Source: an uncultured Thermoleophilia bacterium
GTDB taxonomy: Bacteria; Actinomycetota; Thermoleophilia; UBA2241
DNA length: 64,000 bases
Assembly: GCA_963702475.1 (NCBI GenBank)
Contig: CAVPCT010000004.1
Span: forward strand, 256,001-320,000
Direction of reading: 5' to 3'
The notes under the pieces are model-generated. The model had not been told where the DNA came from. It did not search any database and worked only from the letters and a program-made list of their open reading frames with translations. The position numbers and the translations under genes are program-made. Shown one piece after another: positions 10,409-18,830 of the stretch. Numbering within the stretch: position 1 is the first letter of the stretch; the number at the start of each line of letters is the position of its first letter.

Positions 10409-11239
10409 CTACAGCTCGATGAACCCCATGTTCTGCGACTCACCGACGATGGTGACGTGCCTGCTGCACTTCTTGCCGCCGGCGTCGACGTCGAGCGTGT
10501 ACTCGCCGTCGTCGAGCCCGTCGAACTTGAACTCGCCGAAGAAACTGGTGGTCTGCGTCTGCAGCGCGCCGGCGCCCGAGTTCAGCGTCACTGTCGCGCC
10601 TTCGAAGCAGTCGCCGCTCACCAGCACGCCGGCGGTGATGAAGTCCTTTGTGAACCGGTGCAGGTTCTTGTAGAGCGTGTGCGGCTTGGTGCCGTGCTCC
10701 GGCAGGTACTCGTGCAGACCCTCGGCCTCGATGATCTTCTGCATCTCCTCCGGCTCGATGAGGTAGGTCTCCATCGCCACCGTCGGGCACGAGTGGGTAC
10801 AGCGCGTGGTGTGCGGCGTCCACGTCTCGTCGTCGATGAGGTGTGCGCAGAAGATGCACTTCTGCGGCATGTCGAGTTCGTCGTTCCACCAGATGGCGCC
10901 GTAGGGGCAGGAGCCCATGACGTCCTTCGAGATGCCCTTGGCCTTCTCCAGGTCGATCAACACGATGCCGTCGTCACGCTTGTAGAACGAGCCCTCGGAC
11001 GCGTCCACGCATGGCGGGTTCTCGCACTGCTGGCACGGCACCGGCAGGTACGCAACGTCGTTGCGCGCGTAGTGCCCGCGCTCACGCCGCAGGATGTCCA
11101 CCCAGCGATGGCCGTGGCGGGGCTGGGCGTGGGTGTAGCCGGGCCAATCGTTGCCGACGAACTCGTCCTTGTCGGCCATGAAACAGTTGTTGCAGTCGTG
11201 GCACTTGGCCACGTCGATGACTTTGTACCATTGCTTCAC
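10409..11239 (-). CDS. bthL: Pyrogallol:phloroglucinol transhydroxylase beta subunit (Fe-S domain plus C-terminal beta-sandwich)
   Basis: IDVAKCHDCNNCFM..WPGYT..GHRW..DCFEGA..FFGEFKFD closely follows the Pelobacter acidigallici BthL sequence as recalled. GTG start at 11239. Confidence 0.9.
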   Translation of the reverse strand: MKQWYKVIDVAKCHDCNNCFMADKDEFVGNDWPGYTHAQPRHGHRWVDILRRERGHYARNDVAYLPVPCQQCENPPCVDASEGSFYKRDDGIVLIDLEKAKGISKDVMGSCPYGAIWWNDELDMPQKCIFCAHLIDDETWTPHTTRCTHSCPTVAMETYLIEPEEMQKIIEAEGLHEYLPEHGTKPHTLYKNLHRFTKDFITAGVLVSGDCFEGATVTLNSGAGALQTQTTSFFGEFKFDGLDDGEYTLDVDAGGKKCSRHVTIVGESQNMGFIEL

Positions 11240-11291
11240 TTCACTGACTCCTTGTCGGTCATGCTCAGACGGTAGCTTCGATGGCCCTGAC

Positions 11292-13892
11292 TCATGCGGT
11301 CTCGTAAGTACCGCCGTCCCACTTCTCGACCTCGATCTGAGCCGTGTTGGGAGCCATAGCGCAGGCATACTTGGACATGTAGCGGTCGGGCGTCAGGATG
11401 TTCATGCAGCCGCCGCGGTCGGCCGACTGGCCGGGCGTGCCCAGCGGGTCGTAGACGGCACAGGACTCGTAGGTGTGCACGGTCCCGGGCTGGACGCGCT
11501 CGCCGACCTGGGCGCAGACGATCACGGAGCCGCGGTCGTTGTAGGCCCGCACGAGGTCACCGGCCTTGATGCCGCGGGCCTCCGCGTCGACCTTGTTCAG
11601 GCGGATGATCCAGTAGTACCAGCCGTCCACCAGCACGCGGTGGTCCTTGATGTCGTTCATGAAGCTGTCCTTGCCGTCACCCATGGTGTGGAACGAGAAG
11701 CGCGGGTGCGGCGAGAGCATGCCGAGCGGGTACTTCTTGGCGAGCTCGCAACTCGGGCCTTCCCAGGCCGGCACGTAGGTGTGCATGGCCGGGCGGTACT
11801 CGTCCACGTAGCCCTGGTCCTCGAAGTTCTTGATACTCGAGGCGATGAACTCCACCTTGCCGGTGCGAGTCTGCAGGCCCTTGCGACCGACCTGGTTGTT
11901 GAGGCGCGGACCCCAGTCGGGGGTGTCCCTCTCGCGGTCCTCGGCGAACCACCGCAGGGCGGGCGTCTTCTTGCGGTCCGGGTTGTCCGGGACGACGAAG
12001 TACCCCTTCTCCTTGAACTCGGCGAAGGTCATGTGCTTGGGCATGTCGGTGGCGTTGTAGTACTGCTCCACCCAGGCCAGCTCATCCTTGCCCTCGGTGA
12101 ACATCGGTCCGATGCCGAGCTTCTCGGCGAGCATCGAGTAGATCTGGTAGTCCGACCTGGACTCGCCGACGGGTTCGATGCACTTGGCCTGCAGGGAGAT
12201 CACGCGGTGGTTGCACTGGCCGTACGTGTCCGGGATGTAGCCGGAGCAGTTGGCGAACTCGCTGATGTCCCAGCGCTCGAAGTTGGTGCAGGCCGGCAGG
12301 ATGATGTCGGCGAACGGCACCTCGCCCTCGAACCAGATGGACTGGCTCACGACGAACTCGAGGCTCTCGTGCGTGTACATCTGGGCGTAGCGGTTGGTGG
12401 CCGTCATGGTGCCGATCCACGGGCCGCCGTACTTCCAGAGCATCTTGATCTTCGGGTAGCCGGGCGCCGGGTACTCGTACTGGTGCATCTGGTGCTGGAT
12501 GTCGCCGCCGGCGAACCCCTTGCCCGACCACTTGAACTCGCCGTCCATGATGCACTCCGGCACCTTGAGGCGCGGGATGTGCTGGCCGGCGGCCGTGTTG
12601 ATGTTCGACGGGCTCGGGAACGTCGTCTTGCCGTCGAACATGCGCCAGGCGAACTTGAAGCCGGCGGCCGAGTTCTCTGCGTCGCCGGAGATGCCGCCCT
12701 CGGCGTAGCCCGGGAAGTAGAAGTCGTAGTCGACCGGGGTGCCCTGCGTGGTCGAGTAGATGTTGGAGCCCGGCTTGCCCATGCCCTGCATGGTGGCGAG
12801 GGCGATCATGCCGCGGCTCCACTCGATGCCATGCGAGGCGCGGCAGGCGCCGCCCCAGCCTCCCAGGCCGCCGGCGGCGAGCATGGTCTTGCGCTTGGCC
12901 CACTCACGGGCGAGCGCGCGGATCTCGCAGGCGGGCACGCCGGACTCGGCCTCGGCCCACTCGCAGGTCTTGGGCACGCCGTCGGTCTTGCCGAGCACGT
13001 ACTCCGCCCACTCGTTGAAGCCGTGGGCGCGTGTGTCCACGTACCCCTTGTCGTAGGTGTCCTCGGTGAGCCACGTGTAGGCGATGGCGAAGGACAGCGC
13101 GTGGTCGGTGCCGATCTTGGGCGAGAACCACTTGTCGCCGATCAAGCCGGCGGTGTGGTTGTAGAACGGGTCGATGAAGACCATCTTGATGCCGAGGTCC
13201 TTCATCCACTGACGGCGCACGGTGGACTCGTGGGCCGCGTAGATGCCGGTGTTGGTCTCCGGGTCGGAGGACCAGAAGACGATCATCTCGGTGTTCTCGA
13301 GGCAGTCCTCGAGCAGGTCGTACTGCTCGGGGTTGCCGAGGCGCCAGCTGAAGCCCCACATGTGCATGCCGCCCCAGTGCCAGCCTTCCCAGCTGTCCGG
13401 GTTATGGTCGGCGTAGGTGAAGCCCATCATGTTCATGAAGCGGAAGTACGTGCTGTGGCGGTAGCCCACGTTGCCCCACATGTGGTGGGAGCTCGGGCTG
13501 GAGAGGATCGCCGCCGGGCCTGCCTCGCGCTTCACGCGGTTGATCTCGCCGACCACGATGTCGGTGGCCTCGTCCCAGGAGATCGGCTCATAGCCGGAGA
13601 TGCCGCGATTCTGGATGTTGCGCTCGCCGTCGGTGTCGAAGTCCACGCGCTTGAGCGGCGTCATGATGCGCTTGTCCGAGTAGATCATGGACTTGAAGCC
13701 GGCAGTGTAGACCGAGTACGTGGTCTTGCGCGGCGGCTCGAAGGTCTGGCCGCGAGCCTCGATCCTCCAGGACGACGCATCGACGGCGTCGTCGAAGTCC
13801 ATCGGGGTGATACGGACGATCTTGCCGTCCTGAACGTAGACGAAGACCGGGCCCCCGGTCGACGAGTTGGTCAGTCGCACTACCTCTCCCAT
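11292..13892 (-). CDS. athL: Pyrogallol:phloroglucinol transhydroxylase alpha subunit (Mo-bis-MGD, DMSO reductase family)
   Basis: Starts MGEVVRLTNSSTGGPVFVYV, then SSHHMWGNVGYRHS, HNPDSWEGWHWG (Ser Mo ligand), FPGYAEGG and NCSGYIPD. True start is ATG 13892 after SD AAGGAG. Confidence 0.93.
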   Translation of the reverse strand: MGEVVRLTNSSTGGPVFVYVQDGKIVRITPMDFDDAVDASSWRIEARGQTFEPPRKTTYSVYTAGFKSMIYSDKRIMTPLKRVDFDTDGERNIQNRGISGYEPISWDEATDIVVGEINRVKREAGPAAILSSPSSHHMWGNVGYRHSTYFRFMNMMGFTYADHNPDSWEGWHWGGMHMWGFSWRLGNPEQYDLLEDCLENTEMIVFWSSDPETNTGIYAAHESTVRRQWMKDLGIKMVFIDPFYNHTAGLIGDKWFSPKIGTDHALSFAIAYTWLTEDTYDKGYVDTRAHGFNEWAEYVLGKTDGVPKTCEWAEAESGVPACEIRALAREWAKRKTMLAAGGLGGWGGACRASHGIEWSRGMIALATMQGMGKPGSNIYSTTQGTPVDYDFYFPGYAEGGISGDAENSAAGFKFAWRMFDGKTTFPSPSNINTAAGQHIPRLKVPECIMDGEFKWSGKGFAGGDIQHQMHQYEYPAPGYPKIKMLWKYGGPWIGTMTATNRYAQMYTHESLEFVVSQSIWFEGEVPFADIILPACTNFERWDISEFANCSGYIPDTYGQCNHRVISLQAKCIEPVGESRSDYQIYSMLAEKLGIGPMFTEGKDELAWVEQYYNATDMPKHMTFAEFKEKGYFVVPDNPDRKKTPALRWFAEDRERDTPDWGPRLNNQVGRKGLQTRTGKVEFIASSIKNFEDQGYVDEYRPAMHTYVPAWEGPSCELAKKYPLGMLSPHPRFSFHTMGDGKDSFMNDIKDHRVLVDGWYYWIIRLNKVDAEARGIKAGDLVRAYNDRGSVIVCAQVGERVQPGTVHTYESCAVYDPLGTPGQSADRGGCMNILTPDRYMSKYACAMAPNTAQIEVEKWDGGTYETA

Positions 13893-14009
13893 CGGGCATC
13901 TCCTTCGTTTCGTACGCGCTGGTTCACCGGCTGCAGGGCGGGCAGGGTCGCCCCGTGCGGCGGCCCGGGGTCGTCGCCGAGGCTGAGATGGGTCCAAGTC
14001 GTCATGTTT

Positions 14010-14044
14010 GCTCACAATGTGGACACCTAGCTCACAATGTGGAC
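14010..14044. promoter_or_regulatory. Tandem 15-bp operator-like repeat upstream of athL
   Basis: GCTCACAATGTGGAC at 14010-14024 and 14030-14044; each copy is an imperfect palindrome. Confidence 0.7.
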
Positions 14045-14121
14045 GCATCGTATGACGAGCGTGGGGACCGGTCAAGCAACCGCCTGATTCGGGGGGCAGG
14101 AGACAAGGGAGATCGAGGAAG

Positions 14122-14197
14122 TGGTGGAGCATAGCGGAATCGAACCGCTGACCTCCTGGGTGCGATCCAGGCGCTCTCCCAGCTGAGCTAATGCCCC
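14122..14197 (-). tRNA. tRNA-Ala(CGC)
   Basis: GGGGCATTAGCTCAGCTGGGAGAGCGCCTGGAT-CGC-ACCCAGGAGGTCAGCGGTTCGATTCCGCTATGCTCCACCA; G3:U70 pair and encoded CCA. Confidence 0.97.
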
Positions 14198-14363
14198 ACG
14201 CGGGTCCCCGACGTGTCGGGGCTTCGAAGTATGCGGCATTCCCCGGTGGGCGGCAAGCCGCGCGGCTGGACCACAGCTTGGCTGAGGGTTGATAGCGAGG
14301 TCGTACTGGAGTCCCGTTGGGTGCTGTAGACTGATCGGGCAACGCTGTCGATCGGGGCCTCTT

Positions 14364-15497
14364 GTGAAGATCACCGCCGTGCACGTCGAGACGCTTCAGC
14401 TCGACTACGGGGAGCCGTTCGTCATCGCCTCGTCGGCGCTGGCAGCAGGTCCCTGCGACCTGGTGAGCGTGGAGACCGATGCGGGCCTGATCGGCTACGG
14501 CGAGGCGTGCCCGGCCTACGAGTTCACCGGCGATACCTTGTGGACGGTGCAGGACGTCATCGGCGAGTACCTCGGACCGTCGGTGATCGGCAAGGACCCG
14601 TTCGACATCGAGGCCATCGTCCGCTGCTGGGAGCGCGAGCTGTTCACCGTGGGCAACGAAGCGGCGCGAGCGGGCCTGGAGATGGCCCTTTGGGACCTGC
14701 AGGGCAAGGCAGTCGGACGGCCGCTCCGCGACCTGCTGGGCGGCCGCTCCAGGAACGGGCTCACCGAGGTGATCGCCTGGGGTTGGGGCCTCCCGGACGA
14801 GCTCGCCGCCAAGACCCGCGAGGCGCGCACACTCGGCATCACCGTGTTCAAGGTCAAGGCGGGCGACACGCCGGAGAGCGATGAGCAGCGCGTCGCCGCC
14901 GTCCGCGAGGCGGCCGGCCCGGACGCGCGCATCACCGTGGACGCCAATCAGGGTTGGCGGGACGCGAAGACCGCCGTGGCCGCGATCAGACGACTGGAGC
15001 CCTACCGCATCGAGTTCGCCGAGCAGCCGGTCCGCATGGGCGACCTCGAGGCGTCCCGCTTCGTGCGCGCACGCGTGGACGTCCCCATCGCGCTCGACGA
15101 GAGCGTGCGCGGGCCGAGTGAGGCTCTGGCTGCAGTGAAGGCGGGCGCCTGCGACATCATCGTCGTCAAGCTCATGAAGACGGGCGGCATCCTGAACGCC
15201 CTTAAGGTGAACGCCATCGCCGAAGCGGCGGGGGTCGCGGTCATGGTCGGCAACATGGGCGAGAGCAGCGTGGGCCTGGCGGCTCACCTCCACCTGTACG
15301 AGGCGCTGGCCAACGCGACGCACGGGGATGCCGACCCGCCCTGGCGGTTCGAAGGACTCAGGCGCGACATCGCTCATGGCTTGCGCGCCGAACTGCGGGC
15401 AGGTGTCTCGACCGTGGTGCTGCCGGACGCGCCCGGCTTGGGCGTCAGCCTCGACGTGGAGGCTGTGGCCGCTCAGCGCGTCGAGCGTCCGTGGTGA
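14364..15497 (+). CDS. Dipeptide epimerase (L-Ala-D/L-Glu epimerase-like, enolase superfamily)
   Basis: Motifs GYGEA, KVK, VDANQGW, EQP, LDES and KLMKTGG. Confidence 0.88.
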   Translation: MKITAVHVETLQLDYGEPFVIASSALAAGPCDLVSVETDAGLIGYGEACPAYEFTGDTLWTVQDVIGEYLGPSVIGKDPFDIEAIVRCWERELFTVGNEAARAGLEMALWDLQGKAVGRPLRDLLGGRSRNGLTEVIAWGWGLPDELAAKTREARTLGITVFKVKAGDTPESDEQRVAAVREAAGPDARITVDANQGWRDAKTAVAAIRRLEPYRIEFAEQPVRMGDLEASRFVRARVDVPIALDESVRGPSEALAAVKAGACDIIVVKLMKTGGILNALKVNAIAEAAGVAVMVGNMGESSVGLAAHLHLYEALANATHGDADPPWRFEGLRRDIAHGLRAELRAGVSTVVLPDAPGLGVSLDVEAVAAQRVERPW

Positions 15498-15643
15498 GCT
15501 GCGATGGCGGATCGGCCGTTCCCGCAAGCACACGGCCCCGCATCTCGGGGCGTCTGGGTACACGACCCTAAACACGCGTTCCATCGAGGCCCCCCGCCTG
15601 GCGGACGACACTGTGCGTAGCCCAACGATCCGGGAGGGGTGTC

Positions 15644-15817
15644 GTGACACGGGAAGAGAAGGAGCAGGCGGTGGACGCCGTGCTCGCGCGGTACGAGCAT
15701 CTCGGGGCGACCATCGCCGCCGACGACCGGGCGTTGGTCCGGCTGCTGCAGACCTTCGAGCTTTCGAGTACCGACCGGGAGGTCGGCGAGTACCTCTGCT
15801 CCTTCCTCGTAGCCTGA
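15644..15817 (+). CDS. Small hypothetical protein (57 aa)
   Basis: Below the ORF-track cutoff. Strong SD GGGAGGGG, then GTG; MTREEKEQAVDAVLARYEHLG...EYLCSFLVA. Confidence 0.7.
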   Translation: MTREEKEQAVDAVLARYEHLGATIAADDRALVRLLQTFELSSTDREVGEYLCSFLVA

Positions 15818-15885
15818 TGAGGCAGACTGCAGGGCGTTTGTCCGCTCACGACCAGCTCTGCCAACGGCGCGCCTTGTCGCGTCTC

Positions 15886-18690
15886 TCAGCCCTGCGACCC
15901 TCCTGCGACGCCGCCCATGCTCTCGGCCTCGGTCGGTGAGTCCGTTGCCTCCGCAGTCGCCGCGCCCGCCAGTGCCAGCTTGCGTGCCTTGAGCGCGGCC
16001 AGGACCACCCGGGTCGCCACATGTCCGACCGCCGCGAGGTACTCGTGGTGCTCGGCGAAGTCGCGCGGCCGGCCGTCGAACACGTCGATGAGGCCGCATA
16101 CGCGCCCCTCATCGACGAGAGGGACACACACCTCGCTCCTGAAGCCCCACGTGGTCATGTCGGCGCGCTCCTGATTCGAGAGACGAGGGTCGTCGAGGTC
16201 GGGCACCACGACGAATTCTGCGCTGCGCACCGCTTGCGCCGTGGCCGGAAAACGGTCGACGTCCAGCGGTGCCGTGGAGACCGAGTCGTCGCGGCCGCCC
16301 TCGTCCACGCTCATCAGGCAGCGCAGCCCCTCGCCTTCGAGAGCGAAGACGTCGCAGTCGGCGGCGTCGAGATGGAGACGGATCTCCGCGGCGAGGAGCT
16401 CGAGCGCTTCGGCCCCCAGATCCGTCCGAACATCCAGCCCGCCCAGCGACGCCAGGCTCGCGAGGTCGCCCCTCCGGTGGGCGAGCTCGTCCTGGAGCCG
16501 CGCCGTCTCGAGGGCGACGCTCACCATCCCGGCCACGCTGCGCATGAAGTCCGCGTACTCGGCGAAGCCGCGTGCCCGGGAGTCGAGGACGTCGATGAGC
16601 CCGGACAACCGGTCCCCAAGGACGAGGGGTACGCAGATCTCGCTCGCCCACCCGCTGGCCCGATAGGCGGCCTTCTCGGCGGGGGTCAGGCGCTCGTCCT
16701 CGAGAGTCGAGATCACGAGCACGTCCTTCGCGTTCATCGTGCTCACGGCCGTCGGGTACTCGCTGAGGTCGGTGATGAGGCCCACGGCGGCGTCGTCACG
16801 GCCGCTGCGATCGTGGCTGGCGATGCAGAGCACGCCCCGGGGCGTCAGACGGAAGACCTGGCAGCTCGCCGCGTCCAGTGCAGCCTGCAGCCGCTCGGCC
16901 ACGGCTGCCACCAGCTTGCCGGGATCGGTAGCCTCGGCGCAGAGACTCGCGAGCGCCTGCAGCTCCGAGACCATGCGGCTGCGTCGCCGTACCTGCTCGG
17001 AGAGGCGTTCGCTGCTCAGCGTCGCGGTGGCGATACGCGCCAGCCCGCGGGCGAGCTGGACGTCTGGTGAGAAGTCGTGCGGCACATAGTCGTACACATC
17101 CATGAGACCCAGTGTGCGTCCTCCTGTCACGAGCGGCACGGAGAGGTGAGACTGGTATCCCCAGCGCTCCAGGGAGAAGCGGCCCTCCTGGTCGAGCGCG
17201 TCGTCGTTGAGGCCGTTGATAGACACTACCTCGCCGGTCTCGACGGCTCGCAGGCTCGTGGGGTACCTGTCCAGGCGCAAGACCACGTCCTCCCAGGCCG
17301 TGTCCCACCGCCCTCCGTCGTAGCTCACGAGGGCCCTCGCGGTGTCGCCCTCAACCGTGTAGATCTCCACGATCGGGGCCCGCGTCGCGGCGGCCAGGCG
17401 CTCGACGAGGCCGCGAAGCACTGCTTCTGCGCTCAGTCGGGACGTGTCCTGGAGCCAGGCGTCCTCAAGGACTGCCAGGTCTCTTTCGCAGGAACTCAGG
17501 CCGGCGCGCTCCTCTCCCGCCCGGAGCGTCGCGGAGACCAGGGCCGCGACGTCCCTGATAGCCGGCGCCAGTCTCGAGAGCGCCCCCGGATCGACCCCTC
17601 CGGTCTCGATGATGCCCAAGGTGCGGGCCTGATCGCGGATGGGTGCGAGCACCACGCCGGTGATGTCCCGCGCGTCGAAGAACCGCGCCCGGGCGGCCGC
17701 GGCCAGCCGTGTGTCGTCGCGGCGCACGAGCTCCAGGTCGCCGCCGCCTGCGATGGCGGCAGCTGGTGGCAGGTCGTCCAGCTCCCAGGCCTCGACGAAA
17801 GGACCGACCGATGAGGCGAGCGCCCGGGCGCGTCCGTGGTCCAGGACATAGACGGTGCAGCAGTGCACCGCCGCATCCCTCGCGAGCACGGCGGCCGCCG
17901 CTCGGGCCACCTGCTCCAGGCCGTCACCGGCAGGGAGCGGCTGCCTCTCGACCTCCGCGAGTGGCGGTCCGTGGGTTTCGGCTTCGCGTGTCGCGCCGTC
18001 ATCGGTGGACGCAGGCCCCGGCCGTCTCGAAAGGAGGACGCCAGCGTGATGGGCCAAGGACTCGGCGAAGCTCATGGCGTCGAGGTCGAACGCATGAGGT
18101 CCGCGCGAGTCACCGAGGCGCAGCACCCCCATGCGTCCGTCGCGGAGCTCCATGGGCAGGACGAGGAGGCCCTGGAGCCCCTTGCGGCAGTACTCGTCGG
18201 CGACCGCGCGAGCAAGGAGGCGCGTGCGTGCGACGTCGGGGATGTGGAGGCGTCGCCGGCCGTGTACCACCTCGGCCTCGACCGGCAGGGACGAGATCGG
18301 GAGCCGCTCCCCGATGGGCGGCGCCTCGCCGTCGCCGTGGACGGCGGCGATCCGGAGGACGTCGTCGCCCTCCTGCACGGCGATGCAGCAGGACGTCGCG
18401 GCGGTCCCGCGGGCCGCCGCTGCGACGAGCGCGCTCAGGGCCGCCTCCACCGAGGTGTCCCCGGCCTTGACGTCGGCCGCCCGCTCGCTCAGCCTGTGCG
18501 GGGAGGCGGGAGCGCCCAGGAACGCGTCCAGGTCGCTCCGCCTGTAGCGCCGATGGCCTCCAGGACTGCGGTAGCAGCGCACGTGGCCCGCATCGCTCCA
18601 CTGACGGAGAGTGTTGAGGCTGACGCCTAGGACGCTCGCCGCCTCGCCGAGGCGGAGCCAGTCCTGTCCGTTTGCCTTTCCGATCCTCAT
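15886..18690 (-). CDS. BldC/excisionase-like HTH protein with about five tandem GAF domains
   Basis: N-terminus WLRLGEAASVLGVSLNTLRQWSDAGHVRCYRSPGGHRRY, followed by repeated GAF units (..SHLSVPLV..GLMDVYD; SEICVPLV..GLIDVLD; SEVCVPLV..GLIDVFD). Start ATG 18690. Confidence 0.85.
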   Translation of the reverse strand: MRIGKANGQDWLRLGEAASVLGVSLNTLRQWSDAGHVRCYRSPGGHRRYRRSDLDAFLGAPASPHRLSERAADVKAGDTSVEAALSALVAAAARGTAATSCCIAVQEGDDVLRIAAVHGDGEAPPIGERLPISSLPVEAEVVHGRRRLHIPDVARTRLLARAVADEYCRKGLQGLLVLPMELRDGRMGVLRLGDSRGPHAFDLDAMSFAESLAHHAGVLLSRRPGPASTDDGATREAETHGPPLAEVERQPLPAGDGLEQVARAAAAVLARDAAVHCCTVYVLDHGRARALASSVGPFVEAWELDDLPPAAAIAGGGDLELVRRDDTRLAAAARARFFDARDITGVVLAPIRDQARTLGIIETGGVDPGALSRLAPAIRDVAALVSATLRAGEERAGLSSCERDLAVLEDAWLQDTSRLSAEAVLRGLVERLAAATRAPIVEIYTVEGDTARALVSYDGGRWDTAWEDVVLRLDRYPTSLRAVETGEVVSINGLNDDALDQEGRFSLERWGYQSHLSVPLVTGGRTLGLMDVYDYVPHDFSPDVQLARGLARIATATLSSERLSEQVRRRSRMVSELQALASLCAEATDPGKLVAAVAERLQAALDAASCQVFRLTPRGVLCIASHDRSGRDDAAVGLITDLSEYPTAVSTMNAKDVLVISTLEDERLTPAEKAAYRASGWASEICVPLVLGDRLSGLIDVLDSRARGFAEYADFMRSVAGMVSVALETARLQDELAHRRGDLASLASLGGLDVRTDLGAEALELLAAEIRLHLDAADCDVFALEGEGLRCLMSVDEGGRDDSVSTAPLDVDRFPATAQAVRSAEFVVVPDLDDPRLSNQERADMTTWGFRSEVCVPLVDEGRVCGLIDVFDGRPRDFAEHHEYLAAVGHVATRVVLAALKARKLALAGAATAEATDSPTEAESMGGVAGGSQG

Positions 18691-18830
18691 CGATCCGCGG
18701 AGTCTCCGTGCAACGAATCTACCAGAATCTTCACGCGGAGCGAACGACCTCGTTGCGACTCGCGGCCGCGACGCGGGTGAACGATCTGCGCCGCGGCCGC
18801 GACAGCTCTCAGGAGGCGCCGAGGGCTGCT

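Noticed and set aside
14010-14044. CRISPR mini-array
   Set aside because: Only two 15-bp repeats with a 5-bp spacer and no cas genes; better explained as an operator.
10338-14197. Integrative element at tRNA-Ala carrying athL-bthL
   Set aside because: No integrase and no duplicated tRNA 3' end (att site) were noticed, and codon usage looks host-like.
13893-15650. N-terminal 586 aa of the 1452-aa track ORF (and similar extensions at 18691-19680, 57725-59395 and 57835-59457)
   Set aside because: Stop-poor high-GC shadow frames overlapping real genes and the tRNA; not true fusions.
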